Source of the DNA: Amphiscolops sp. MND2022
Taxonomy: Eukaryota
NCBI GenBank assembly: GCA_964187785.1
Contig: OZ076409.1
Coordinates: 69,380,001 to 69,444,000, forward strand
DNA length: 64,000 nucleotides
Direction of reading: 5' to 3'
How positions within the stretch are numbered: position 1 is the stretch's first letter; each line of letters starts with the position of its first letter. Position numbers and translations under genes: made by a program. Under the pieces are notes generated by a model, which was not told where the DNA came from, did no database searches, and was given only the letters and a program-made list of their open reading frames with translations. Below, piece after piece: positions 44,101 to 59,100 of the stretch.

Positions 44101-47100
44101 TTGTTGAACCGACCTCACCTAGAGGGCACTATCCACTAGCTCGTGTCGTAAAGCTTAACTTCGGTACAGACGCCGTCGCCAGGTCCGCTGAAGTCAGAAC
44201 AGCATCTGGTAACTTTATACGCCCAGTGATCAAACTCGCTCCCGTCCTTCCCCTTCCCGAATAAACAATGTGCTGTTTCTTCCACTTCCTTCATTTATGC
44301 TTCACGTATCAACATGTATGAAAAAAGTAATTTTCATGTAAAAACATGTTTCACAAAACATTAAAAAAATTTTTTTTTGCACTATAAAACATTCATCTTC
44401 TTGAGTCCGGAGGATGTTGCAGCAGCAATATCGTTAATTTAAAACAAACAAATATTAAGACAGGTTGGCTTAGCGGTAGAATACAAGGCCGGTATTTGAC
44501 CGGCGTGGGTTCGATTCCCGGACATAGAAAATATTTTACAATTTAGAAATATTTCTCTGATTTAGGTAAAAATACTCTCGAAAAGGCCTTGCTATTCATA
44601 TCATAAAATGAGTCATTTTTAAAGTTTGTGTGATCAAATTTTAACTTGGCGGTTAATAATAATAATTTTCCTCAACTTTCATTGTTGTTTTAATTTTGAT
44701 TGACAATACAATCTTTAGTACTTCTAAAGATTTTTAGTCGGAGAGAAATCCCAAATGCTCGATTCTATCAGAAAGGTTTAGTTTTGGTGAGTAAGTTTTA
44801 GTTCACTTATTGCGTACTCTCTTCACAGGTCTCTCTGGGCTCAAGTTTTCGGCTTCAAGACACTATGGAAAAGTTACTTGCAGTTAATACTCTAATTCCG
44901 GAATTATCTGGATAATACAAGTTGAACATTTCCACAGTACGTAACTACTCAATCAAATAATAACAGCACAGCAGGTGAATGAATTATATACAGTAACTCG
45001 ACAAAACTTTGCCAGAATCGCGATTTACTCTAAGATTTCCACGTCCCGGACTTGTAACTAATTCGCCGCTCTCACTAAGCAGTTAAGTCAAATTCGTTCA
45101 CGAGTAGGTTTCTTGCCCGCACACGGCTCAACTCACTTTTAACTTCGTAATCGTTCTTGTGTCGGGCGGTTCCCTTAATTATTCTCTCCTTTTAGTCTAT
45201 TTACTCATAGCCCGCATTTTTGGTATTAGGCGTCGGTCTCACATTTGCATGTTTTTGACTGACTACTTGCTCTGTGTTTGTCGTTTCTTCATTACCGGTA
45301 TTTGTATGCTCCAACTTAATAGCAAACAAGACACTCGTGTTGATTTTAACCTCGCTGCTTAATTAGCCATGGATAAAGCCTTATATGATGATGTGGTTCT
45401 GTTCCTCCGGGACACAATTCTTTTAACCCAATTCATGCTCACGATCGTTTCCGCTGACGTCTTATCCGAAGGAACACACGAAAGTACTCTCTTTATGGCC
45501 GCCGCCTTCGGCTGGGTTCCCGAGTTGAACTACACGAGGAGGAAGCTTTTGATGCTCTCCGCTCTCTACACTTGCGGAAGAGGCATCTACGGGGTCCTGA
45601 GGTTCTCCGTGCGTGCAGAAGGCATACGTTGTCCCGGTAAGGTCGTATGTTTCGAAGTAGTGAGGTGTTGTGCTAATTGCTCTGGGACTTACACCCACTC
45701 CGAGAATGTGGTCCTCTCAGCGTAAGGGGCTCTGCCGGAAAAATGGAATCCCCTTTGTCCGGGACGTCGGTCTCGCCGATGCCCCCGAGCTCGACCCTTT
45801 AAGGTTTCGCCCCCTTACGGTCGATCTGGCTGGACCCTGGAACTGTTTCTGTGCCGTATTTTTTTATGTTCTGTCGGGGACTTGTAAAAACATTGCAGCC
45901 ATTGAGCAGTGGGTGAGGAAGACCAGGCGCGGCCCCCACAGCTCGCTCTACAAGACTTTTGGTGCCCAAGTCCCGCAGTGGCTTGATGATACGTCTTACC
46001 TCACAAGGACTGATATCAAGATCATCACCCGAGAACTGAAGATAAAATTATTCGAATATTTCCCAGCTTCGGGCCGGCATCCTGCTCGATGGGACAGTTA
46101 TTCCGGAAATAAAAAGGGTGCTGCCCGTGGGGGAGTTTATTTTGCTTGGACTTTCCGGAATGGGCAGGGCCATTCTCTACTAGTTGATGGGTTGGAACCC
46201 TTATCAGAATAACAAGATCAGTTAACAATTTTTTTCTACGGATGATTAGCCATGATTTGGATGTAATGCTATAGAAAAGCAATGACCTTGAATTAAAAGC
46301 CACAAATGTGCTATGATAATCAACCTGGGAAGTCTTGAACAGTTCTTAAAGCGTTTGCTGCTAAATAGGTCCAAGACGAACAAGCCGAGAATGGCCAAAG
46401 TCGGCGCCATATCTAAGGCTCAAAATTGAAAAAGGGGGACCCTTCGGGCTTTGTGAAACTCCAGCAAAAATGAAAAAAATGAAGGGGGGACCCTTTGGGG
46501 ACATGAAAGAATTTCCCAATAAAAATTTTTAAATGAGATTTTTGAACAGTGTCACAGTGCCGAAAAATGTAAAAGGGACCCTTTGCGATTTTTTGACATC
46601 CATTGTGTTGCAAAATATCGAAACAAATGAAGGGGGACCCTTTGGTGCAATCCAAAAAGTTTCAAAAAGTCTCAGTGCTGAAAAAAGTGGGGCTATGGGG
46701 GATCCTTAGTGTGTTTTCGAGGTTCTGGACGTCTTTTTTGTTTTTTCTTTTCGTTTTGGACGCGCTTCTGAGGTTGGAGTTGTTGAGGTTTGAAGTTGTT
46801 GAGGTTTGACGTTGTTGAACAAATGAACAAAAAAGTGGACCTTACGCGTCTAAAAAAACTACCCTTACAGTGCCAAAAGTGGGTTAACACACCTTTGTGC
46901 TATTAAGTCACCGAAATCCACTGACATACTTTTAAACATGTATTTCACTGATTTTCATTGGATTCCTCTGTAGCCTGTTTTGGATTCCATTAACATATCT
47001 AGCTAATGTACAAAAATGTGTGCACCGAAATCCACTGCTTTTCACTGCCAACTGATTGAACCAATCGCGTCAGCTTATTTCAACTTTCAGCGAAATTCGC

Positions 47101-50100
47101 TGAAACTTGCAGTGGAATCCACTGCGAGATCCGAATGTTTAAGGTATTTGATAAGGGAATCCAATGCTTTGCAGCGAAATTCGCTGCAGAAAAATTGCCA
47201 AAAGAGTGGAATCGACTGCAACGTAATAGCATTTGTTAGTGGATTACGCTGCACGCTTTCCAAAACTGCCGTCCAGCGAAATCCGCTGCAAAAATTCAAA
47301 ATACCCACCTTTGGCACTGTAATGGCCCACTGTAATAGTCGGGCTCATTTTCTACTAAAATGCGCTGACTAATAAAAACACTTCGGTGCTTAGCGGATGT
47401 GTTGTGTCTTAGGTTTTTATTGTTGCACGAAGGAATTTCCAATTAGTTTTTCAGATGAGTAAAAATACCCGAAGATGAAAATCGAAAGTGAAAATGATCT
47501 ATTCAGTGACAACCATGAAGAAGTGAGCAGAAAGATTGAAAGAGACGTTCGCTAAATGAACTATATACATAGGAAAACTAGAAAAGTTTTGACACCAGTT
47601 CAGATACCTAGTTTTGATACCTAGAGTTGTCCATCAAGCAGATGACTTTTGCAGATCCTGAAATCACTTTCTTTGAATGATGCATTTTATCATTCTCTTT
47701 GCAGCATGTGTTCAGTTTTAGAAGTCAGTGATCATAAAGTTTAAATATGAATGTTTGCAAATATGAAGTCTGCAGAAAGCATGTGGAACTAACCCGTTTG
47801 TTACAACATTTTCCCGTAGCACATATCCGTTGACTTCATAAACGAAGAACTTGTAGGGAAACAAAAGATCTTCAAGAGCAGCAATCAGTTTGTCTTTGTC
47901 AAAGCTGGGATAATCTATGCCCATGTACAAATCCACCAACACTGCACTGACATCGAAGGTGTCAACTCTGATTGTTGCAACTTGCCTGGAAAACTTTTCT
48001 ATTTTGAACCAAAGCTCGCAAGTCTCTCATTTCTCTGTTTTCCAGAACAATCGAGAAATGACCAATTTAAAGCACTTTCTGGGTCAATTCAAATGAAACA
48101 ATAATTACATATAGGACGAGCCAAAATAATGACGAGTTTGCAATAACTGAAGAATGAAGAGCAGAACCATGATTTTTTTCAGTCGTCAAGTATAAAAATT
48201 ATACCTTGACAAAGTATGTTCATTGAGCTCTTACAATTCTGTAGGTTCGGGAGACTACAGGAAGTCTCCGAATGAAAAAAAAATCCAAAAATTTTAATTT
48301 TTCGAAAAAACTCAATTTTCAAATAAAATTTTCTAAACTTTGCATTTTCTAACTTTTTCAGTATGGGTCGTGGAAATTTCAAACAAACCTGTTGTAAACT
48401 GGATATAATTCAAAGAAACTTTTGTAGCTGACATTTTTTGTACTTGAGACAGTTTTAAAGATATTTGGGTTTGAAAAATCGCAATTTTAAGCAATGGAGT
48501 TGCGATATTTTAGAACGCTACTGTACAACGAGAGTTCACTATTTATTTATAGCATCTTATTCCTATACAATTAGTCGGAACCCTAAAATACAAAAAAAAC
48601 CTACGAAATGCAGTAGCGTTCTGAAATGTGGCAATTTCATTGCTTGAAATTGCCATTTTCAAATCCAAAAATCTTGAACACTGCAAGGAATACCAAAAAT
48701 TGTCAGCTGGGAAAGTTTCTTAGAACTTTTTGTAGTTCACAAAAATGTTTGTTTGAAATTTCTACGACCCATATTGAGAAAGTTGAAAATTGCTAATTTT
48801 GGGAAATTTGAATTCAAATTTGAGTTTTGTGATATATAATGTACAATGTATGTTGAGGAAACGTGTACGATGCCCTGGAGTAGGAAGTCAACCTCGGGCT
48901 CAACCCTGGTTGAAATTGCTTGAACTTTTAACATGTTTTTGTAGGTTACCAAGCTGATTTTTCATGATTTTATAAAATCCTCAAAGAAACGTCCTTGCAT
49001 TAAACTTCACTGATTCGATTTAGTTTTATCAAGCTGCCTATAAGATGCATCCTAAATTTGGCGGCAATTTTGCGCTTTTACCGCGCTTTCAATGCAGATA
49101 GAGTTCAGTCACATTAAGTTCCAAAGTAGTGTCATATTCAGCGTGCTATTTGACTAACGGTGATTACATAACGTACACAAGGAACTTTCTTGAGAAACTT
49201 ACGTGTGAAAACAAAGTGATCGCGGCGGTGAAGAAGCGGAAATGTTTTCAGTTTTAATTCAAATAGTTGAGGCTACATCGTAATCCTACAAAATGTTTCC
49301 ATGCAGGCTCCGGATTTTTCCATGTTTTGTAAAAAAAAAATTAGCCTGCATGTATCTATGCAGCATGTAAAAAGTTCAAGCATTCTCGACATGGGAAGTG
49401 CCGCTGGGTTGCGGGCTCCTCCTACCACCGGAGTCTTACACTACCAAAATCTAACCAGTATGCACATTACTAACTTTCCAATGTTTTGAGGCACGCCGTT
49501 GTCAAATACGACTCCGTAGATGAGATAAGTCGTAAAGGGATACAGCTGCAGACCCTTCGTGAAGATTTCTCCAGTGTCGGAGTCTATTCCGAACTCATCA
49601 GAAAAAGACCCGAGTGCGTAAATCATTTCAGCATTCACACCTAATAGAAACAATAAAACTACGTAGAAGAGGATTGCCCAATAAATTATATCATCAGAAA
49701 AAACTACTGTTTTGGTGGAAGATACACGAACTAATTTAATCAATGATTTTCCCGAAAACAAATTGAGGTATCGTTAAAAACAAGAAACTATCTTCAGGTC
49801 TAGCTTCAGGATTCAAAATGGTTTATAGACAACGGTAAAAAGGAGATCTAAAAATGAATGCGAGTATTGGCACACCACTCCTTTCTTTTTGTAAGAATAT
49901 TATAAGAATCTTATGAACTATGTATGTATCACGTTAGGAGTATTCCGGAAGATAAGTTTCCTCAAAATGCTTCCTGAAAACTGCGAAATCTTCAGCACGA
50001 TTCTTGAAACAACCCAATTCGCTTGACCTTTAGCAATGTATCAGTTCACTGAAAATTAGAGGCTCCGTGTTTTGAGAGTTTTGCGTTTCTGAAAAGATGT

Positions 50101-53100
50101 ATTAAGCGTACCACTATCGCGATCAGTGGCTGACAAGGTGGCCAAGTAGCTTCTGTAATCCGTGTCGTATCGAGTGGCGAGACTGAAGAATGTCTGCTGC
50201 AGTTCAGGCTCGTTGTCATTCAGGTCTATGATGTTCACTGTCACAGTTGCAGTGGCTGTCATTTCGTCACCAACGCCACTGTTTTTATCTATGCATCTTA
50301 CGTCGAACACGACCTGAAATTGATCAAGTCAATCAATCGAAAACTGGTCTGCTCTTAAATTCCAAAATTTTTGCTAATTCAGTAGTACGTTTAAAAATAG
50401 GTTGCAAAATTTTTCAGCTCAAAAAAGTAAGGCTACTGGCGAAGATAAATTCTTGTTTGAATTTTGTTAGTGGAAGCCGAAAGTGAGATCCACAGATGGA
50501 AGCAATTTAAATGCTTCCATCTGTGGATCTTACTTTCGGCTTCCACTACCAATATTCAAACCAAAATTTGCCTCCGCCAGTAGCCTTACTTTTTTGAGCG
50601 GAAAAAAAATTTTGCAACTTATTTTTATACGTACTACTGAAGAAAGCGAGAATTTTTGGAATTTAAGAGCAGACCCGTTTTCACTTGATTGATATGATTC
50701 ATTTTCTGATAGACACAAAAAAGATGTTTCTTAATCATAAATCCATGTCAACGTTTGTTACAAAGAATAATTTTTGTAGAACTTTGTGCTGAAGGACGTT
50801 TCAGTACCTCTTCCGTAATGTGTAACTCAACCAATGATGACACGTAGCTTCAACCAATAATGACGCGTAGCTTTATTTAATTATAAAGATAACTAACTTG
50901 CTGTATGGTTTCGTAGTCAGGGGGTCTAAGCACCTGTAGTCTGCCAGTGTTTGTGTTCAGCTGGCTCACTTTGAAGTAATAGCTGCCGTCATTGGATGCA
51001 GGGCTGGCTGCGTTGATGTTGTAACGACTGAAGCAAAACTCCACAAGTAAAAACAAGTTTAGAAAAGTTATCCCTTTTGTTGGTTCTTAGGGATTTGAAA
51101 TGAAATAGTACATGGTAAATTCAAGAAAAATCTATGTTTTAAAATGAGTTCAATCAGTTTTTAGGATTCTCGATATAATTTTTTGCATCGTCATCATCCA
51201 CATTTTTTTGGGTTTCACCGAATAGTAGTAAAAACGGACCTCCATGGGAAAATTTTAAAAGTTGTGTAGTATGTGATGTGATGTGAGTAAGGTTATAAGT
51301 GACATCATTACTCAATGTCGTCATTATAGCAATCATTGACATCTTGACAAGTCATGTCACCAATGACAGTGTCAAACACGGCATTCTCGTCCACGGTGAA
51401 GCTGACTTCAGGGTTCATGGTGGGAATGTACTCGTTGGCATCCTGTAGTTGCAAAGAAAGGGTCACTGTGTTCGTAGTCTCCAACCCAGAGTTGTCCACA
51501 CCAACTAACTAAAACGCCTTATAGATAAAGGCCTTATATCAAAACCACTGGGATTGAGGAAAAAGTAAGCAAAGAGGTATTTTCTTGCAAAGTGCGTAAA
51601 AATCGTTAGTGGAAATAATCTCCTTTATCATGTGAAAGCAAATTAAAACAAAAAAGATATTAGTCTGCAAGGACTAAAAGATTGCATTATTTCCACGTTT
51701 TGAACTCTTTGACTATAAGCTTCAAAAGAGGCCTTCTATAAGCTTCAAAAAAGATGAAAAGTTTGCGTTTTTCCACCAATCTGGATCCTAAAAACGCCAT
51801 ATTAGTTTGCCTAAATGTATCAATTTTGACAAAAACTTCTAAGCATCTGGATTTTCTTTTCTTCTAATTGATATTTAAAACTTTTGAAATTTGCTAATTT
51901 TTATTTGTAAGTTGTTTTTTTCAAGAGAAATCAACGATTAACTAACCTCCATTTCAAAGTTGTGGGTGTTGCTTGTCCAGGTTTGAGCTTTGCACAGTGC
52001 CTCATAGTCAATGTCATTCACAAGGTATAGATAATAGTCTGTAAAAAATTGAAACAACTTTCAGCGCAGTTTTGGAAGACCTCAGAAGGCAAATACATGT
52101 ATATTAAATGTGATGTCAATAGTCGTAGGGTCTTTCTCTACGTGATGTGCAAAGATATATGTCTTAATCTTTTTCGGGTAATTAAAGAAACAAACGAAAT
52201 CAATGAAAACACTCCACAAACGTCTATTTTTTAAAAACTCTGAGCAGCTAAACGTGTAATATGGTTAATCAAGCAATAAGACATAGAACGTTCAACAATT
52301 TTTGTGACAAGGTGTCTATATCATTTCCTCACTTCCAGTAGCAGCATCTTGTCGTATGTCAAAATAAGGCTCCATGAAAGTGCCGACTTGGTTTTTGAAC
52401 TGGAATGTAGCGACACAAGCCGGCAGTCCGGTAACACCATCCAGAGCAGGACTGCAGTCTGGATCATAATATTGTCTGGCTCTGGTGTAGTCATTCAGAT
52501 CTGCTATGTACACGCCATCCGATTTGGCAGCCGGACTCGGAATTGACTGGACATTTTTGAAGAGGCCGATTGCTTTCTGGAACGAGCGGAAGACTTGAAA
52601 TTGTTAAAATCTGTTGAACAGCCAAGTTCGTGGTCATAGTATCATAAATTTGATCAACAAATTTTTCAAACCTCTTATAACTAAAAAAAACCTTGTTGTA
52701 TCCCTTGTTTTTAATAAAAGAGTTTGATAACATAACTGTTTTCATCGAGTTTTTTCTTACAACAACTGAATACATCCCGGGTTCACCCTCTTACTAGCAT
52801 CTTGAATGCCATGACAAGACCTTGCCAAATTCTTACTACATATTGGCAACCATGGATCCCATGGGGAGATCCTTACTAAGTTCTTACCAAGATGTATCAT
52901 TATCCCAAGATCAAATCTTACGGAGATAAAAAAAATCTAAGATTTCAAACTTTCGATCAAGAGCTCCAAAGATAGATACAGTCGAAAAATAATTCTACTG
53001 CCGGGTCTTTACGTTCTTTTGCAGTGTAGACTTTGATTTCGGGAGGGGGGAATATGGTCTAAATAATTTGATCTAAAAGAATAAGATCTTAAAAAATTGA

Positions 53101-56100
53101 CATGCTTTCAAGGGAAATAGGTTCTAAAGTTTTAGATCTTATTCCCTTTTACGAAGTTGGAACTTTGAAAAAGGGTTATAAGAACTAAAATTTAGTGATT
53201 TTAGATCTTATTCCCTTTGGATCTTATTCCTGTCCTGAATTTCAAGATCTTATTTAAGTCAAACAAGCCGAGAACGGCCAAAGTCGGCGCCATATCTAAG
53301 ACTCAAAATTTAAAAGGGGGACCCTTCGGGCTTTGTGAAACTCCAGCTGGTTGCAAAAAAATTAAAGGGGGACCCTTTGGAGACATGAAAAATTTCCCAA
53401 AAAATTTTTTTCAATGAGATTTTTTGAACAGTGTCACAGTGCCGAAAAATGTAAACGGGGTGACCCTTTGCGATTTTTTGACATCCATTGTGTTGCAAAA
53501 TATCGAAACAAATGAAGGGGGGACCCTCTGGTGCAATCCAAAAAACTCCAAAAAAAGTCGCATAGTGCCGAAAAAAGTGGGGGTGGGATCTTTAGTGTGT
53601 TTTCGAAGTTGCGGACGTCTGTTTTGTTTTTTCTTTTCGCTTTGGACGCGCTTCTGAGGTTGGAGTTGTTGAGGTTTGAAGCTGTTGAGGTTTGAGGTTG
53701 TTGAACAAATGAACAAAAAAGTGGACCTTTCGTGTCTAAAAAAAACTACACACTGTAATAGTCGGGCACATTTTCTAATAAAATGCCCTGACTAAAAAAG
53801 GGAATAAGATCTAAAATTTTAGGACGGGAATGAGATTTAAAATCACTAAATTGACTTCCTGTAAAAAGTCAAATTTTCTCGAATAAGATTGAAGAAATCA
53901 TTGTCGTTCTGGGGAATTTTAGACCTTATTCCAGTGGCTTTGGATCTTACTACGTTGAAATGACAACCGACGTACCAGGTTTTTTGGTCTCTTTCAGGGG
54001 TTTTCAGGAAGAAATTGGCGAAACATGGTAATTTATTCAGCAATTTTTAGATGTAATTATTGTAATTTATAGATACTCCAGTGGTTCTAGTTCTTAATTC
54101 AAGTGTTTTAGATGTTATTCCAGTGCTTTTAGATCTCATTCCCGTAATTTTAGATGAATGCAGTAATATTTAGATGTTATTCCGTCGGAGTTAGAATTAA
54201 ATCAGTGACTTTTTATGTTTTTGTAGTGGTTGTAAAGATCATCCAGTACATTTAATGTTTTGAGTGATTCCAGATTGTTTTTCCATAACTTTTAATTCAA
54301 TGTTTTTCTGATTCTACTTTTTCTCGATATCAATCAGTTCGTAAAAATTTTTTCTTGCCATATTGGGCTTCTTGGTAAGATTTTTCTTGCTATATTGGGC
54401 TTCTTAGTAAGATTTTTCTTGGAAACATGAATGTCTTGATAAGATCTTACCATGACATCTTGCAATTCTCGGCAATATCTTGGCACGATCTTAGCAAGGA
54501 TTTTTCCAAGATCTTGGCAAGATCTTGCCAAGATCTTAGTAAGATATCCATGGAGGGTCGACCCGGGGATACGTGAAGTATAGGTGAAGATGTAGCAGGT
54601 ACTCTAGACAATTACGTTAAAGTAGCAACTAAGTAATTAGCTGAAGTGGAATGAGTTCAGTATATAGAGTTCATTATTCTAGTTTCACTTCAAACTTACA
54701 AGTATATGGCAATTCAAACAAGTTTTTCGTCAAAGGCCACATTTTGTCTTCTAAAACCTGTGAAGATTCTGCCGCTAAAATTTGTTAAATTTCAAGAATT
54801 TTCCTTTTTTCCTTCCAGTTTTTGAGATTATCATTGGTTGCATCTTAATTTTTTCAAGCCGTTAGTTTTTTTATGTTTTTCTAAGCGGGTTCTAACTGAA
54901 CATTGGTATTCGAAGAGGATGCCGGCTATTGGATTGGTGTACTTTGAAAATGAAGATGTGAAGAAAAAATGAAAAAAGTATTCAGGCGGGAAGTTTGCTT
55001 ATTTTTAAAGTTAGTCGCAACTCACAGATTCAGAGATAGGAAATCTACTATTGGCAGGTGTTTGATCAGGGTAGTTGAATGAACTCTCGTACGCCGTGGT
55101 GATCCTGAAACAATGTGAACCCATTAAAAGAATATTGCACAGTGTTAATGAATATTGGATTGTTGTTTTAGGGGCACAAAATGTGAAATAGATTTTTGGA
55201 AGTGATTGTTCTGTTATACGTTTTTCGTAGCATTCCGCCAAACCTTTTCATTGCTTCCGGTATTTTTTGTTTCCACAAAGTAGTCAAACCGAACACAAGA
55301 AGCGTAGTGGCCCAGCGATATTTTTTGTTTACTCTTGCAAGACGTTTATAAAAAAATTGGACACATTCAAGCCTCAATTGTTTCAATAAAAAAGGAACGT
55401 AATATTGTCAACTGAAAAATCTGAAGATCTGGGAACGAGTTCATTGCACATGTAAGGTTCCAAAAAGTCTATTTGAACTTGGAACTTGGCATTTTCTTGG
55501 CAAGTTCTACTTTGGACAGGAAAAACGTCAATATTTCGAAGTTACCATTATATTTCGTAACATTAAATAGAAAACGTTACTATGAACACTCAGATTGGAA
55601 AGATACAAAAGCTTGGAAGCTGATAAAATATGTGGGGTTGTTAGTTTTCGTAGCTGATGTATGTTTTTAAACTTTATTCGTCAACGACGTAACTGACTAA
55701 AGTTGAGAGATACTTCTAACATGAATGAAAGCATTAGGTGCTTCAAGTCCAGCTACGCAGTGCTTAGTGCCAACCTTATCGTCTTTTGTCTAAGTGACGA
55801 AAAGCGACAAAAGAAGCAAATCTTAGTTTGTTTGCAGCGGCCTTGATACGAATATCTCACTAAAGCCGCTGCCAATACCTAGAACAAGAATGAGTTTCCA
55901 AGCGAATAGATTTTCGGGATCACTTTTCTCGGTAACTATTGCAGAGAAGAGATTAAGTCAAATAAATGATTACAGCGTAGGACGTTGAAAACTTGCAAAA
56001 CGACATTCAAACTTATTTTCCAAAATCAATCTGTTTTACCAATCTTGATTTCTATTGGCTAATTCCAAAAATTAGACATTCAATTTTAACAAAATAGACA

Positions 56101-59100
56101 TTCAAAATTAACATGCATTACTATCATGCTACTAGAGAAAAATTTGCTGTTTCTCATAGAGGCGTAAACTATCAATCTTAATTACCAGGGGTATGCGAGC
56201 AGTGGTCTGCTGAGGGATTACTAAAATTGAATGTATATTGGGAATTTTGAATGAAGTTTTAAAAAATTGAATGTTTCATGTGATTGGTTCGAGAATTTTG
56301 AATGTCGTTTGCAAATTTTCAGCGTTCTATACTGTATTCTTGGCTACCTCAGCACATGTTGAGTAGTCTATTTTTAGTCGGCGCTTTTATTAATAAAAGA
56401 GCCCAGCTATTACAGTCACTCATTTTTTCCCTTTTTTATAAGACAGACTCGAAGCGACGAACGTTAGTTAAAGGTTTGATCAGTTTGTTCAACCTAAGGA
56501 AACTAAACGAGTATCCGGGAAACTCATCGAAAATATTCCAAAGGGTCCCCTCTTTGGTTTTGTACTTTTTAAACGTAACCTGCAAAACCGGACGAGACTA
56601 AAGGGTCCCCCTTTTGATTTTTTCCGGCACTGTGTGACGTTTTTTCGAAATTTTTTGTCTCCAAAGGGTCCCCCTTCGAGTTTAATTCAGCCTTGGATAT
56701 AGCGCCGACTTGAGACGTTCCCGTCTTGTTCTTTTCGAAGGAACGAGAAGAATTTATTGTCAAACTAGAAGTCATATTTAGAAATGGTCCGAAAATTAAA
56801 GAAGTGGGCATTATTGACAGATGTTTGAGGGTAAATAACAAAAAACTGAATGTTGTGATAGGAGTTAACATAGAATGAGCTAAAAGGTGATCAAAAGCGA
56901 TAAAAAGACATTGAGAAAGCGCTGTAAAAGCTTGAGAGTGTGGTTATTAGAATTCAGTCGCTGCTCAACTTTGAATTTACACCCGTTTTATTTCAAACAA
57001 AAATCAAATATTTTTTTCTCGAAGATAAAACAAGACGGGAACGTCTAAAGTCGGCGCTATATCTAGACTCAAAAAGCGCAGTTTTTATAATATGCGTAGG
57101 GCGTTTTCTTGAAAAACTCCTGTTTTCAAACTTTCACTTTTTGTCTCATAGGTCACAAAAAAGTCTCATAGTGCCGAAAAAATCAAATGAAAAACACCAA
57201 AATAGCCCAAGGGGGATCCGTAGTATATTTTAGAGGTTCTAGAGGTCGTTTTTTGTTTTGGATGAGTTTGTGAGGTTTCGAGTATATTTTGAACGTCCGT
57301 CGTTCAAGTTGTTGTTGTTTAACAAATGAACAAAAAAGTGGACCTTACGTGTCTAAAAACAAACTACCCACTGTAAGAGTCCGGCACTTTTCTTCGAAAT
57401 ATTTGTCATTGTCCCATTCAATGCAGCTGATCTTCCAAAAGGTTGCTTTACGTTGACATTTGTTGAATGCGCATGTGAAATTCAGGAACCATTCCCAAAT
57501 TGAACAAGTCAATTTTGAGCAGAAAATTCTTGTCACTGAGCTCGCTTTGACTCTTACCAACGATTTAGTGCCCAAAGTGCTCATACTAGCTGGTATGAGC
57601 CCAACTTGTAGTTAAAGTAGTTAACAGCTGGTATGTGTTCGTTTCTATTTAAGAAATATTGTTTCGCGTAACTATTTCACTCTTTACTAGAAGTCAACAG
57701 AGTGTTCACAGCTTGTAGCGCAAGTTTCAAATGGATCGAGTTGGAACAGTAGGAGTTGCATTTTAATGGAAATCTCTGGTAAAAAGGAGTACCATCAGAA
57801 ATACCTAAGGTACATGTGAAGTATCCGAACAATAGAATAAATTTGCATGAGGAACTCAGTAAGGCCTTCCTGAGAAATACCTGAGGTTTTCAGGCAAGAC
57901 AGCAATTGCTGTTTGTGTTTTTTCTCTGTGCCTAAAGTATAATAGCGATTTTTTGCCTACAGTTTTATTACGAATTGAGATAAATATTCACTAGAATATC
58001 AGATACTAATACCTGTAACATCGGGGCAAAAGAGCAATTTCGCTTCACAAAATGGAGTCTTTTACTCTAGAGCCAATAGACTCCAAAACTTTGACTTTGT
58101 GATCCAATCATTTTTGGAGAAATGATTTTCATTTTGAATTAAATTCAGAAAAATTGGAGTAAATTCTCCAAAATAAGTTGTGATAGAATTTTTCAGTTCT
58201 GAGGTATAAAATGGGACTTCGGTTCAGGAATGCACATATTTCCATCAGGTGTATGCGTTCTTTGCCGACTTTCTGCTAATTCATAGGTTGTTCTTGAATG
58301 TTGCTCGAAGAAAGTGGGCTATTTCGCACGGAGAACCTCAAGTAATTTGTTTATTCCAAATATCTCTGGTTATTTTGTTGTTGTCCAAGGCATTATCAGG
58401 TTTTCGCACTATATCTCTCCTTAAACCAGCTTTCGTTTATTCTAACAACTTGATCAATACAAAACACGAAGTTAGGCGTTTCATGAGTCTCAATAACATC
58501 GAAAACCTGGATAAAACCATTATCGATAGCATCGAAAACCTGGATGAAACTATTATCTTTTCAAACACGAATAACACTGGATTGGATAATTTGCTACATT
58601 AACAGATTACTTCAATACTTTAATAATTTTCGATTTTAAATAATCGAGGATCTGTCTCGCCTTTCGTTTCGAGCAAAAACGAAAAACACTCCTAAATAAT
58701 CAGAAAGACTGTCCGAATCGGTTTTGCATCCTTCATTTAGAAACCTGAGGAGAATAAGACATTGAGAATAACCTATGATTCAAGGAGAATAAGTGATAAA
58801 ACTCAAAAACAAAGAAGCAACTCACAGAGAGTCGTCGTCATATTCGTTGAACCACGGGGTCTCCTGTATATCCAACACCTTGATAGTGAGGGTGGCAGTT
58901 TGACTGGTGGTTGTGGGGGTGCCACTATCCTCTACAACTATTGACAACAGGAACTCCCTGCATGTTGACTCGTAGTCAAACTTTGCATTGGCTGCCTCTG
59001 TGCTCAGTTTGAGTGTGTTAGAGGCCGTCGAAGCTGAAAATTCAGGTACACTTCAACAAGTTCTAACTAGTAGTTATAATAGGAGATTTATTGATATTCT

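Larger units (their letters stand above)
35552..44736 (+). mobile_element. Full-length BEL/Pao LTR retrotransposon, coding region decayed, antisense in a cadherin intron
   Basis: Two 322-bp LTRs, 5-bp TSD GTCGG (35547-35551, 44737-44741), PBS TGGTGGCC at 35874, purine-rich tract before 44415, and BEL-type gag-PR-RT-RH-IN order. Confidence 0.95.
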
